Part shown: one piece after another, positions 28,989-38,409 of the stretch
Position numbering within the stretch: position 1 is the first letter of the stretch
Layout of the letters: every line of letters begins with the position of its first letter
From: an archaeon
Lineage (GTDB): Archaea > Nanobdellota > Nanobdellia > SCGC-AAA011-G17 > GW2011-AR20
Direction of reading: 5' to 3'
NCBI GenBank assembly: GCA_002688355.1
Contig: NZCT01000030.1
Span: 1 to 52,310, forward strand
DNA: 52,310 nucleotides
Program-made: the position numbers and the translations under genes
The notes under the pieces: model-generated
What the model saw: the letters and a program-made list of their open reading frames with translations, nothing else
Database searches by the model: none
Told to the model about the DNA's origin: nothing

Positions 28989-29876
28989 ATGCCAGTAAAC
29001 GCAGGACATGAATATGCACAAGCAGAAGGAAAATACTATGAAGCTAGTTCAATCCCTGAAAAGATAAAAGCTTTACAAGAAATGCTTTCAACAGCACCTT
29101 CACACAAAGGAACTGAAAACTTAAGAAATGGAATCAAACAAAAGATAGCAAAATACAAAGAACTACAAGAAAAAACTAAAAAAGCATCTAAAAGAGGTTC
29201 CTCTAAATTCTCAATAAAAAAAGAAGGAGCAGCAACTATAGTTTTAATAGGAATTACAAATTCAGGAAAATCAACTTTACTAAAAGAATTAACAAATGCC
29301 AAAGTAGATATAGCAGATTATCCACATACTACCACAAAACCAGAAGTTGGAACACTAGATTATAAAAAAGTAAAAATACAAGTAATAGAAATTCCTCCTT
29401 TTGTAGAAAATTTAACTGAAACTGAAGATGGTCCAGCTTTACTAGGAATCATAAGATTAGCTGATTTAATTGTAATAGTTCTAAATTTAAATGAAAATAT
29501 TAATACGCAAATAAAATTAATACATAATGAATTAGAACAAGCAGCAATTAAAAAAGAAATAATAGCAATTGGTATTAAAGGTTTTAAAAATAAAGAGTTT
29601 CTAGTTTCTATAGATAAATTAAAAAAAGAAATTTGGTCTTCTTTAGGATTAATAAAAATATACACAAAAAACCCAGGGAAAAAACCAGAACCAAAACCTG
29701 TTACGTTAAATAAAAATTCAACAGTAAAAGATTTAGCAGCAAATGTTCATAAAGATTTCTTAAAAAAATTTAGATTTGCAAGAATCTGGGGACCTTCTTC
29801 AAAACATGATGGACAACAAGTTGGTCTAGAACATATTTTAAAAGATAATGATATTGTAGAACTACATCTAAAGTAA
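28989..29876 (+). CDS. DRG/OBG-family GTP-binding protein with TGS domain, shortened
   Basis: HKGTENL, GITNSGKST, DYPHTT, ARIWGPSSKHDGQQVGLEHILKDNDIVEL. Confidence 0.9.
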   Translation: MPVNAGHEYAQAEGKYYEASSIPEKIKALQEMLSTAPSHKGTENLRNGIKQKIAKYKELQEKTKKASKRGSSKFSIKKEGAATIVLIGITNSGKSTLLKELTNAKVDIADYPHTTTKPEVGTLDYKKVKIQVIEIPPFVENLTETEDGPALLGIIRLADLIVIVLNLNENINTQIKLIHNELEQAAIKKEIIAIGIKGFKNKEFLVSIDKLKKEIWSSLGLIKIYTKNPGKKPEPKPVTLNKNSTVKDLAANVHKDFLKKFRFARIWGPSSKHDGQQVGLEHILKDNDIVELHLK

Positions 29877-30227
29877 TTAGGGAGTTTCTAAGTTTAGACC
29901 TTTCTTATATAATTTTATTTTCATAGATACTAAAAAGATCATAGTATCTATAATTATAGCAAAGAAATAATAAAATAACTGAAAAAATTCTCCAATTGAA
30001 AAATTCAATGATATAACAAGAAAAGCAATATACATTACAACTATAGAAAATATATATAAAAAACTAACTCCTAAAGATAAAAAGAAACTAAACACAATTA
30101 AAAGTGCATTATCATAAGGAACATTAATAAAATCAAATAAAAATCTCATTCCTAAAAAAAGTACTACTATAATGAATACTTGTTTTATAACCAATCCTAC
30201 ATATGGTATCGTTTTAATTTTTCCCAT
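29877..30227 (-). CDS. small hydrophobic membrane protein
   Basis: 3-4 TM; overlaps the GT2 gene. Confidence 0.6.
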   Translation of the reverse strand: MGKIKTIPYVGLVIKQVFIIVVLFLGMRFLFDFINVPYDNALLIVFSFFLSLGVSFLYIFSIVVMYIAFLVISLNFSIGEFFQLFYYFFAIIIDTMIFLVSMKIKLYKKGLNLETP

Positions 30228-31381
30228 TTTTTCTTATTTTGCATTGCAACTAATTGTCCAACAAAAGTACTATATAATATTACAGTATAAAAATAAAGTG
30301 AATATATTGGAATAAGTAAAAATACCTTAATATCACGAATCTTACTATAAACTAAAGAAAATAATATTGTATTAATTATTATTGTGTATCCATAAAATAT
30401 AGCTAAAGCTGGTAAAATAAGTTCTTTATCAATTACAATAAAAGGAATAATAAGGAAACTCAAAACTTTTGTAAAAGTTCCATAAAAAGTATAAAAGAAA
30501 GTAAAAACCCATTCTAATTTAACTAAAAATCTTTTAGAATGAAACAAATGTTTAGCAAAAACTTCTAATCCACCTTGTTGCCATCTAACTCTTTGTTTAA
30601 TTAAATCTGAATAGCTCAAAGGGACTTGTGTAAAAGCATAAGCATCTGAAGCAGTAACTATCTTATAACCTCTTTCTAATATTCTTATAGAAGTATCAAA
30701 ATCTTCAGTTACAGTTCCATCTTCAAATTTCTTCAAAGCTTTTCTTCTATAACATGAAAAAGCACCAGGAGTTACCATAACATTTCCTAAAGTTGCCTGA
30801 GCTCTTCTAAATATATTAACACCAAGTTCATATTCAACTGTTTGTAAGTAACCAATAAATTTATTATGAGATATTCCTTTTATATTTCCTGCAACAGCAC
30901 CAACATTATCTTTATCAAAATATTTAAGGATAGATTCAATGGAACTTCTAGACAAATAAGAATCAGCATCAATTGAAGTTATAAATTCTCCTTGGCTTTT
31001 AGATAATCCTTTATTCATAGCACCAGCTTTTCCAGTGTTCTTTTGATCAATAAAAATAAATTCCCAATTAGATTTTCTTCTTTTTTTATTGATTTCTTTT
31101 TCATGTTCTCTTAAAAATTCATTTACTTTTTCTTTCGTTCTATCAGTAGATCCATCATTAATAACAATTATTTCCAAATTGGAATAAGATTGTACAAGAA
31201 GAGATTGCAAAGTCTTCTTAATACACAACTCTTCATTATATGCTGGTACAAGAACAGTAACTAAAGGATGTCCCATTTTTCTAACTTTATCAAAATGTAA
31301 AAGATACAAAACAATTCTCCAAGTAAGGTAAGGGATGTCAAATATAAGCCAAAAGATTATAAGGTGATTTATGGAAACCAT
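30197..31381 (-). CDS. processive GT2 (cellulose/PNAG synthase-like)
   Basis: VLVPAYNE, NDGSTD, GKAGAMN, IDADS, TEDFD, QRVRW; C-terminal TMs. Confidence 0.92.
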   Translation of the reverse strand: MVSINHLIIFWLIFDIPYLTWRIVLYLLHFDKVRKMGHPLVTVLVPAYNEELCIKKTLQSLLVQSYSNLEIIVINDGSTDRTKEKVNEFLREHEKEINKKRRKSNWEFIFIDQKNTGKAGAMNKGLSKSQGEFITSIDADSYLSRSSIESILKYFDKDNVGAVAGNIKGISHNKFIGYLQTVEYELGVNIFRRAQATLGNVMVTPGAFSCYRRKALKKFEDGTVTEDFDTSIRILERGYKIVTASDAYAFTQVPLSYSDLIKQRVRWQQGGLEVFAKHLFHSKRFLVKLEWVFTFFYTFYGTFTKVLSFLIIPFIVIDKELILPALAIFYGYTIIINTILFSLVYSKIRDIKVFLLIPIYSLYFYTVILYSTFVGQLVAMQNKKKWEKLKRYHM

Positions 31382-31532
31382 TTATCCTAAAGATTTAAAT
31401 TTAGGATTTTATATAATTTGTTATTTCTTCTTAAAAAAATGAGAATCTAAAGACCATTTTCACGCCCCTCAATATCATTAAATTCACTTATATAATCATA
31501 TATAATCATAAATAAATGCTTCTGTTTTAGAT

Positions 31533-32543
31533 TTAATCAAATCCATATAATTTACTTTCTGGATGAAATGCAAACCAAGCAAACCAAAAATCTCTTTCCT
31601 TAATAATTTCTTCCCCACTATCTAAATTAGTTATTTTAACAATTCCATCTTCACTTCTTTCAACTTTAATATTAACTCCATTAAAAGTATCTTCAATTAA
31701 TCCATTACTTGAAATTATACTATTTTCAGTATAAGCTATACTTTTGCCATCTATCTCAATTCCAAAAACAACATCTTTTGGTCTTATTCTATTACTAGTA
31801 TCTTCATTTTCTAAAGGGAACCAAATAAAATCATCTTCAAAATAACCCCCATAAGGATTTGAGCCATAAGATTTTGCATAGCCAGTATCTCTACTTAAAA
31901 CCTCAGAATCTTTATGTAATTTTTTCCAATCTCTCCATGCAACTGTATCTATAGAAATTTCCTTTAATTCCATTCCAGTTAATTCTCCAACAATAGCATC
32001 TCCATCTATTTGCGTCCAATAAGATTCTGTTTTTCTGTCATACATTACTAAATTGGAATTATATAACTTTCCACTTGTACCAAACTCAACAACTTCTCCA
32101 TTGATAGTTCTTTCATATGCAATTCCACTTCCACACAATGGGCAATATGTAATTAATATAGCATCTCCAGCAATAAAATCATTAACAATTTCATGTGAAA
32201 CTAAAATCTGCAAAGGATAAACTCTCTCTACGTTCTTATAAGTTAAAGCTAAAACTAATTCATTATCTTTAATCCATTTATCAGCTTCCTCAACAGAAAT
32301 ATATTTAGGATTATCAATAGAAGGTATAGCATCCTTAACATCTCCAGGGATTCTTACACCTTTTACTATCTTACTCGGATCTACTAAATATTTAACGCCA
32401 TCTGTAGTAACTTTAATTTCTTTACCATTACTTTCCTCTAAAACAATATCATTCTCACTACTTTCTATGCTATTAGAACAACCAACTATGAAAACTACAA
32501 AACCCAACAATATTAATGCTAAAACAATTTTCACCTTTTTCAT
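31533..32543 (-). CDS. DUF3179-family lipoprotein (start 32543 preferred)
   Basis: Lipobox IVGC; DAIPSIDNP, HEIVND, TYCPLCGS, SGKLYNSNLVMYDR, FWFAW. Confidence 0.85.
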   Translation of the reverse strand: MKKVKIVLALILLGFVVFIVGCSNSIESSENDIVLEESNGKEIKVTTDGVKYLVDPSKIVKGVRIPGDVKDAIPSIDNPKYISVEEADKWIKDNELVLALTYKNVERVYPLQILVSHEIVNDFIAGDAILITYCPLCGSGIAYERTINGEVVEFGTSGKLYNSNLVMYDRKTESYWTQIDGDAIVGELTGMELKEISIDTVAWRDWKKLHKDSEVLSRDTGYAKSYGSNPYGGYFEDDFIWFPLENEDTSNRIRPKDVVFGIEIDGKSIAYTENSIISSNGLIEDTFNGVNIKVERSEDGIVKITNLDSGEEIIKERDFWFAWFAFHPESKLYGFD

Positions 32544-32544
32544 T

Positions 32545-32931
32545 TTAACCCCAAATTCCCAATAACAAACCAATAATTTCAACAATAACATATAACCATA
32601 TGATATACATAAGTACTGCAAATATTAAAGTAATAAGAACAAAATTTATTATTTTTCTTCTTTCTCTTTTCAACTTATCAATTGTGCAAATATTTTCCTT
32701 CTTATAAAAATACCAAAACAATCCTAATAATAAAAACAATAAAGCACTTCCTCTAAATACCCACTTGTATGATCCATATAACAAATCACTTAATGAAGCA
32801 GCATACGCAACTGAGCTCAATCCCAACAAAACTAATACAACAGGAGTAAAACAACACAACCCTCCAATTAAAGCTGCAAGAGGCATATATTTTTTCAAAA
32901 AACTCTTTTGACTTTTATCAATAACTACCAT
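32545..32931 (-). CDS. MerT/MerF-like membrane protein
   Basis: GGLCCFTPVVLVLLG in TM1; 3 TM. Confidence 0.65.
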   Translation of the reverse strand: MVVIDKSQKSFLKKYMPLAALIGGLCCFTPVVLVLLGLSSVAYAASLSDLLYGSYKWVFRGSALLFLLLGLFWYFYKKENICTIDKLKRERRKIINFVLITLIFAVLMYIIWLYVIVEIIGLLLGIWG

Positions 32932-33002
32932 CTTTTTTCATTCTATAAATAATTAACAATTTTTAAATATATCTTTTGATATTAAAATTAATTTTAATAA
33001 AT

Positions 33003-33365
33003 CTACTTAAACATATCTCTAACAGAGGGTAATCCAATTAAAATAGCAGCTATCAAAATATAAATTTTTAAAGGAACTTGTGGTGTTTGTATTCCAATAA
33101 AAAATATCAACAATTCAAAACCAAATATACCATAAAATATTGTTCTAAAATTAGTTTTACTGTTCTTATACCAATTAAATAAAACAACATTCAAAGCATG
33201 AAAGATTAGTAACATAGCACCAAGTAAAATAAAATAACCATACTTAACTAATTCAATAGAAAACATAGAACCTAAAACTAATATAATTAATATTTCACTA
33301 GTTAAACCTAATCTTAAATTTCTTTCACTTACTTTTTTTGTTATTCTTTCAAAAAAATTAAACAT
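33003..33365 (-). CDS. small membrane protein (start 33365 preferred)
   Basis: 4 hydrophobic segments; 1 nt after the ccdA stop. Confidence 0.6.
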   Translation of the reverse strand: MFNFFERITKKVSERNLRLGLTSEILIILVLGSMFSIELVKYGYFILLGAMLLIFHALNVVLFNWYKNSKTNFRTIFYGIFGFELLIFFIGIQTPQVPLKIYILIAAILIGLPSVRDMFK

Positions 33366-33366
33366 T

Positions 33367-34050
33367 TTACCCAAATATCTCAAACACAAATACTAAATAG
33401 TATATTGAGATAATTAACATTGCTAATCCTGCTAGTAAATTTATTGTTCTCTTATACTTAACTAAAAATCCTATAATAACTTGACTCTTAGCACTTGAAA
33501 TTATTGAAAATACTAATAAAGGAGCTCCAATTCCCAATCCAAAAGATAAAAAGTTAGCAATATTGGCAAAGAATCCAGTAGTTGTAGCTGTCCTAGTAAA
33601 TAAAGCAGCAATAAACAAAGGATTACAAGGAATAACAATAGCACCAAAGAAAAATCCATACAACAAAGCACTAAAATAAGGGTTATCACTTTTCGTTGAA
33701 GTCCTAAATTTAGGAATATGCTTACCAATATCAACATTAAATATTAAAAATAAACTTACAAAAAATAAAACACCAAATGCTATCGGAGAAATAACCCCAA
33801 TAACTTTAGTTAAAGAAACTTGTAAAATTGTAGTAAATAAAATTCCTAATAATAGCATAAATAATACTACACCACCAGTAACAAGCAAACCAAGTAAAAT
33901 TAATTTTTTCTTATTATTTTCTTCTCCAGTTAACTTATTACTCAAATATGCAATAAAACCAGGGAATAAAGGTAAAACACAAACTGCAGTTAACGGAGTT
34001 AGCAAACCTAGCACAAATGATGTTCCAATATTAGCTAGCACACCAACCAT
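33367..34050 (-). CDS. ccdA: CcdA/DsbD transmembrane electron transporter
   Basis: TPLTAVCVLPLFPGFIAY and GAIVIPCNP; 6 TM. Confidence 0.85.
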   Translation of the reverse strand: MVGVLANIGTSFVLGLLTPLTAVCVLPLFPGFIAYLSNKLTGEENNKKKLILLGLLVTGGVVLFMLLLGILFTTILQVSLTKVIGVISPIAFGVLFFVSLFLIFNVDIGKHIPKFRTSTKSDNPYFSALLYGFFFGAIVIPCNPLFIAALFTRTATTTGFFANIANFLSFGLGIGAPLLVFSIISSAKSQVIIGFLVKYKRTINLLAGLAMLIISIYYLVFVFEIFG

Positions 34051-34051
34051 T

Positions 34052-34594
34052 TTAGCACCTCGAGTCTATAATCTCTTGCAATTCTTCTGCAGATTTAACA
34101 CCATTTTTTAACAACTCAGCTTTTCCATTACACACTAAAGCTACAGGCGCACTTGGCGCGTTTACAAATGTAACTCCAAATTCCTCTATTAACTCTCTTG
34201 TTGTTTCAATTTTAGGTACTGCAAAATACCAATTAAAACCATTTTCTAAAGCATGATCTTTAACTATAGTTTCGTCTTCATTAGGATCTGTATCTAAAGA
34301 AATATGAACAACTCTATCTCCCTCTAGATCAATTAATTTTTGTATCTCTCTTTGTTGCTTTAAACAAGTTGGACACCAAACTGCAAAACTCTCTAATAAA
34401 ATTGGTTTATCAAAATCATTTATCTTAAAATTTTCCCCAGTTCTAATATCTAACAATTCCACATTTCTCCAACCGTCAACATTAATATTGGTGCTAATAG
34501 TTGTAGTTGTTTCTTCATTAGAACCACAACCAGCTAATAAAAATATTACACCTATTAATAGAAGTGAACTTATCACTTTAACTCCTCTTTTCAT
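34052..34594 (-). CDS. thioredoxin-like (TlpA/ResA) lipoprotein
   Basis: Lipobox LAGC; FAVWCPTC; cis-Pro-like APSAP. Confidence 0.85.
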   Translation of the reverse strand: MKRGVKVISSLLLIGVIFLLAGCGSNEETTTTISTNINVDGWRNVELLDIRTGENFKINDFDKPILLESFAVWCPTCLKQQREIQKLIDLEGDRVVHISLDTDPNEDETIVKDHALENGFNWYFAVPKIETTRELIEEFGVTFVNAPSAPVALVCNGKAELLKNGVKSAEELQEIIDSRC

Positions 34595-34647
34595 ATTTAT
34601 TAGAAATGCTTTTAACTTATAAAATTATTCTTTAATATTAATAAAAA

Positions 34648-35094
34648 ATGAAACCTAATTATTTTACACCTTCATTTACTGGACTAATTGAAATAGAAGA
34701 TATTCAAAAGAAAGAGGAAGAAGATAAAAAGAATAAAAAAGAGAATTTAGAATATATCATTCAAGATACTAAAAAAGAAGATTATATTTCAAGAACTCTA
34801 GAATATTCAGAAAGACCAAAATATGGTTTAAACTTTTACTTACCACCTGGAATTAATTTAAATTTTAAATGGTTCAGATTTGGAAGCCCGCAAGGTTTAG
34901 CTTATATGACAATGCCCAATATAGAAATGGATAGAGACTTATTATGGAAAGGAAGCTTCGGAGATTTTGTTGGAGTTCATGAAGTTGGACATAAAATGAA
35001 AAATAAAGGATATGATGAAGATTTTAACACATTAAGCTCAGCATATGATTTTCAGTTATATACAGGAAGTAATTACACATATTTACCAAAATGA
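34648..35094 (+). CDS. hypothetical protein with HExxH metallopeptidase-like motif
   Basis: VGVHEVGHKM...DED. Confidence 0.55.
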   Translation: MKPNYFTPSFTGLIEIEDIQKKEEEDKKNKKENLEYIIQDTKKEDYISRTLEYSERPKYGLNFYLPPGINLNFKWFRFGSPQGLAYMTMPNIEMDRDLLWKGSFGDFVGVHEVGHKMKNKGYDEDFNTLSSAYDFQLYTGSNYTYLPK

Positions 35095-35399
35095 ACTTCA
35101 ATCAAAAAGTATACAACCTCTGTAAAAAAATACCAAAAGGTCGTGTAAGTACGTACAAAGAAATAGCAAACAAACTAAAAACTAAAGCTTACAGAGCAGT
35201 TGGCCAAGCTCTAAGAAATAATCCAAACGCTCCAATAATTCCGTGCCATAGAGTCATTTCATCTTCTGGAAATATTTATGGATTTAAAGGAAAATTAAAA
35301 GGTACTCCAATCAAACAAAAAATAGAATTATTAAAAAAAGAAGGTATTCAAATAAATAATAACAAAATAGAATTAACTAAGTTTTTACATAAATTTTAA
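35091..35399 (+). CDS. ogt: methylated-DNA-protein-cysteine methyltransferase (MGMT), C-terminal domain only
   Basis: KIPKGRVSTYKEIA, RAVGQAL..NP..IIPCHRV. Confidence 0.93.
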   Translation: MNFNQKVYNLCKKIPKGRVSTYKEIANKLKTKAYRAVGQALRNNPNAPIIPCHRVISSSGNIYGFKGKLKGTPIKQKIELLKKEGIQINNNKIELTKFLHKF

Positions 35400-35427
35400 A
35401 AAAAAAAATAAAAGTAGAATTATAATA

Positions 35428-35649
35428 TTATCTTCTTCTTCTAGCTGAGGATGCTCTTGATGCTCGTCTTCTTGTTGTAGAAGCTCTTGCACTTGAAGCT
35501 CTTCTTCTAGTAGTAGAAGCTCTAGCACTTGATGCTCTTCTTCTAGTAGTAGAAGCTCTAGCACTTGATGCTCTTCTTCTTGTAGAAGATGCTCTGGATC
35601 TAGAAGATCTTGCTCTTGAAGCGGATGCCGCTCTTCTTCTTGCTGCCAT
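35428..35649 (-). CDS. 73-aa protamine-like Arg/Ser/Ala-rich protein
   Basis: ATG 35649 with GAGGTGA 8 nt upstream, TATA-like motif near 35710-35717, oligo-T after stop; only M/A/R/S/T residues, 27 Arg. Confidence 0.8.
   Translation of the reverse strand: MAARRRAASASRARSSRSRASSTRRRASSARASTTRRRASSARASTTRRRASSARASTTRRRASRASSARRRR
35468..35595 (-). repeat. 36-nt coding tandem repeat (RRRASSARASTT), about 3.5 copies
   Basis: Plus-strand unit gcacttga(a/t)gctcttcttctagtagtagaagctcta at 35489 and 35525, with partial copies either side. Confidence 0.9.
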
Positions 35650-35727
35650 TCTTTTTTTCACCTCTTTATGTTTTTAATAAATATATAACGATATAAATGC
35701 AGAACCAGTATTTAAACCTATTGTTTT

Positions 35728-36084
35728 TTATTCTATAAATCTCTTACTATGTTTTTCTGGAGTCTCTTTCTGATGTCTCTTAAAATATAACCACATAGCT
35801 TCCGAACCATTTTCTCTTGGCTCCAAGTCACGAATTAATCTTTTAAATTTAACTTGAACCTCTTCACCACTTTGATAAACATCAGTTCTATTCTCTACAA
35901 GGGTAATTTTTCCACCAAGATCATAAACATCAACCATATCAAAAAAATATCCTAAAGCTTCATTAACAACTTCCTCGGGATTTCGAACACCTGTTTTTTT
36001 AACTATATTTTCTAATCTTTTTTTTCCTTCTTCTGTAAATCTTACTCTAAGTTCATATCCAGATTTATCTTCTTCTTTTATCAT
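35728..36084 (-). CDS. ribbon-helix-helix-like hypothetical protein
   Basis: ELRVRFTEEGKKRLENIVKKTG...EVVNEALGYF; paralog of the next ORF. Confidence 0.6.
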   Translation of the reverse strand: MIKEEDKSGYELRVRFTEEGKKRLENIVKKTGVRNPEEVVNEALGYFFDMVDVYDLGGKITLVENRTDVYQSGEEVQVKFKRLIRDLEPRENGSEAMWLYFKRHQKETPEKHSKRFIE

Positions 36085-36100
36085 AGTTCTCTAATAAATC

Positions 36101-36364
36101 TCATTTATCATAATCTTTTCCAAGATGCTTTTTTAGATATAACCAAAAAAATTCAGGAATATCATCAGTAGGCTCAATATATCTCATTTTACCATTATCT
36201 TCAGTTAGAAGTTTCCTACCTTTTTCATAAAAATCCATATGGCTTTTCAAATAACCAATTGCTAAATCTACAACATTTCCAGGCATAGTAGCACCTAATC
36301 TTTCAGTCATTTCTTCAAGATTTTCCAAAGATTTTCCATCAAATACAACTTTTAGTTCTTCCAT
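36101..36364 (-). CDS. ribbon-helix-helix-like hypothetical protein
   Basis: ELKVVFDGKSLENLEEMTERLG...NVVDLAIGYL; shared WLY.K.H tail. Confidence 0.6.
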   Translation of the reverse strand: MEELKVVFDGKSLENLEEMTERLGATMPGNVVDLAIGYLKSHMDFYEKGRKLLTEDNGKMRYIEPTDDIPEFFWLYLKKHLGKDYDK

Positions 36365-36481
36365 TTTAGCACCATAACAAATTTTATAAACATCTAATTT
36401 TCCATTAATAGTAAAAAGAGTAATGTTTATAAACCCTTTTTAACAAAAATTTAATGTATTTGGAGGAAAAATATAATAAAA

Positions 36482-37765
36482 ATGGCAAGAGAAAAACCAC
36501 ATTTAAATTTAGTATTCATTGGTCACGTAGATCATGGTAAATCCACAACAGTTGGTAGATTAATGTTCGACTCAGGAAATGTAGACGAACAAGAATTAAA
36601 AAAATTAAAAGAAAAAGCAGAAGAATTAGGAAAAGGTGGATTTGAATTCGCTTTTGTTATGGATAACACAAAAGAAGAAAGAGAAAGAGGAGTTACAATA
36701 GATTTAGCTCATAAGAAATTTACAACAGATAAATATGATTATACCATTATTGACGCTCCAGGTCATAAGGATTTTGTTAAAAATATGATTACAGGAACAT
36801 CTCAAGCAGATGTCGCTATTATAGTAATTGCCGCTTCTGATGGAGTAATGGAACAAACTAAAGAACATATTTGGCTCTCAAAAACATTAGGTGTAGGCCA
36901 AATTGCAATTGCAGTAAATAAAATGGATATGGTGAAATACGCTGAAGATAAATTCAATAAAGTAAAAGAAGATGTTTCTAAATTACTTACAACAATTGGA
37001 TTTAAAGCAGAAGAAGTACCATTTATACCAATTTCAGCTTTACAAGGCGACAACGTCGTTAAAAAATCTGAAAATATGTCATGGTACAAAGGTCCAACTA
37101 TAAATGATCAGTTAGATGTTTTCGTAGAACCTGAAAAACCAACAGACTTACCATTAAGACTACCAATCCAAGATGTATACAGCATTACAGGAATTGGTGT
37201 AGTTCCAGTAGGTAGAGTCGAAACTGGAGTAATGAAACTTAATGATAAAGTTATTATTACACCTGGAAGAGAAGGTAAAGGTGTTGAAGGTGAAGTAAAG
37301 ACAATTGAAATGCATCACGAACAACATCAAGAAGCTGAACCAGGAGATAATATTGGTTTTAACGTTCGTGGAATAGGTAAAAAAGATATTGCTAGAGGAG
37401 ATGTTCTAGGTCCAGTAGATAACCCACCAACAGTTGTATCTGAGTTTACAGCACAAATAATTGTTTTAAACCATCCAACTGTTATTACAGTAGGATACAC
37501 ACCTGTATTCCACATACACACAACACAAGTTGCATGTCAATTTACCGAGTTAGTTAAAAAAATTGATCCAGCAACTGGTGCAACTTCACAAGAAAATCCA
37601 GATATGTTAAAAAATGGAGACGCAGCTATTGTAAAATTGAAACCAATGAAACCATTAGTTTTAGAAAAACAATCAGAAATACCTCACATGGCAAGATTTG
37701 CAATTAGAGACGCTGGTTCAACAGTAGCAGCTGGTATGTGTATAGATTTAGTTAAGAAACAATAG
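36482..37765 (+). CDS. tuf: translation elongation factor EF-1alpha
   Basis: [41 protein letters not shown]. Confidence 0.99.
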   Translation: MAREKPHLNLVFIGHVDHGKSTTVGRLMFDSGNVDEQELKKLKEKAEELGKGGFEFAFVMDNTKEERERGVTIDLAHKKFTTDKYDYTIIDAPGHKDFVKNMITGTSQADVAIIVIAASDGVMEQTKEHIWLSKTLGVGQIAIAVNKMDMVKYAEDKFNKVKEDVSKLLTTIGFKAEEVPFIPISALQGDNVVKKSENMSWYKGPTINDQLDVFVEPEKPTDLPLRLPIQDVYSITGIGVVPVGRVETGVMKLNDKVIITPGREGKGVEGEVKTIEMHHEQHQEAEPGDNIGFNVRGIGKKDIARGDVLGPVDNPPTVVSEFTAQIIVLNHPTVITVGYTPVFHIHTTQVACQFTELVKKIDPATGATSQENPDMLKNGDAAIVKLKPMKPLVLEKQSEIPHMARFAIRDAGSTVAAGMCIDLVKKQ

Positions 37766-37789
37766 TTTCTTTTTTCTTTTTTATTTAAA

Positions 37790-37999
37790 ATGACAAACAA
37801 ATTACAAGATTTAATAAGTATTGCAGAAAAACGTGGAATTATTTTATCTAATGAATCTAAAGACGAAATTGTTGAAATTCTAATTGAAGATCCAACTAAA
37901 GATCTAACTTCAATAGCAAAAAAATATGGAATTGCATTAAGTGAAGAAAGTCAAGAATATATAAAAGATATTCTAAGAGATAATTATAGAGAACAATAA
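37790..37999 (+). CDS. small protein with internal duplication
   Basis: LISIAEKRGIILSNESKDEIVEIL / LTSIAKKYGIALSEESQEYIKDIL. Confidence 0.65.
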   Translation: MTNKLQDLISIAEKRGIILSNESKDEIVEILIEDPTKDLTSIAKKYGIALSEESQEYIKDILRDNYREQ

Positions 38000-38022
38000 A
38001 TTTTTCTTTTTTATTTCTGAGA

Positions 38023-38313
38023 ATGAATAAAATGACAAATATAGAAGAAAAAATTTTGGAAACTTGGAAAGGTAAAATAGAAAAAATAAAAGATGATGAA
38101 ATTTATGCAACTATAACAGATTCCGAGGACAGAGTAAGTAGTGTCACATTTCCTATGTCTAATTTCAAAACAACTGAAACTATAGAAATAGGATGTTCTT
38201 TTAATTATACAATTACACAAACAGGTGAAAAAACTAATTCAAAATTAGAGTATATACCAAGAAGAGAAATACCAATAGAAGTAGAAAAAAGAATGAGAAC
38301 AAGAACTAAATAA
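38023..38313 (+). CDS. hypothetical small beta-barrel-like protein
   Basis: WKGKIEKIKDDEIYATI pattern. Confidence 0.55.
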   Translation: MNKMTNIEEKILETWKGKIEKIKDDEIYATITDSEDRVSSVTFPMSNFKTTETIEIGCSFNYTITQTGEKTNSKLEYIPRREIPIEVEKRMRTRTK

Positions 38314-38409
38314 GCACTCAAAGATTATTATCCCAGTGATGGCAATGATAAAATAGATCTTTAGAATAATACCATAACTTTTTAAACAAATTTCAAATTC
38401 TAAAGTAAA

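Noticed and set aside
31384-31407. ATCCTAAA/TTTAGGAT inverted repeat upstream of the GT2
   Set aside because: An 8-bp AT-rich arm is plausible by chance; no second copy seen.
27211-33389. Longer ORF-track starts at 29019, 32621 and 33389
   Set aside because: They overlap neighbouring genes; downstream ATGs give clean signal peptides or 1-nt operon spacing.
35468-35595. 36-nt repeats as a CRISPR array
   Set aside because: Units are contiguous with no unique spacers and preserve a reading frame; no cas genes.
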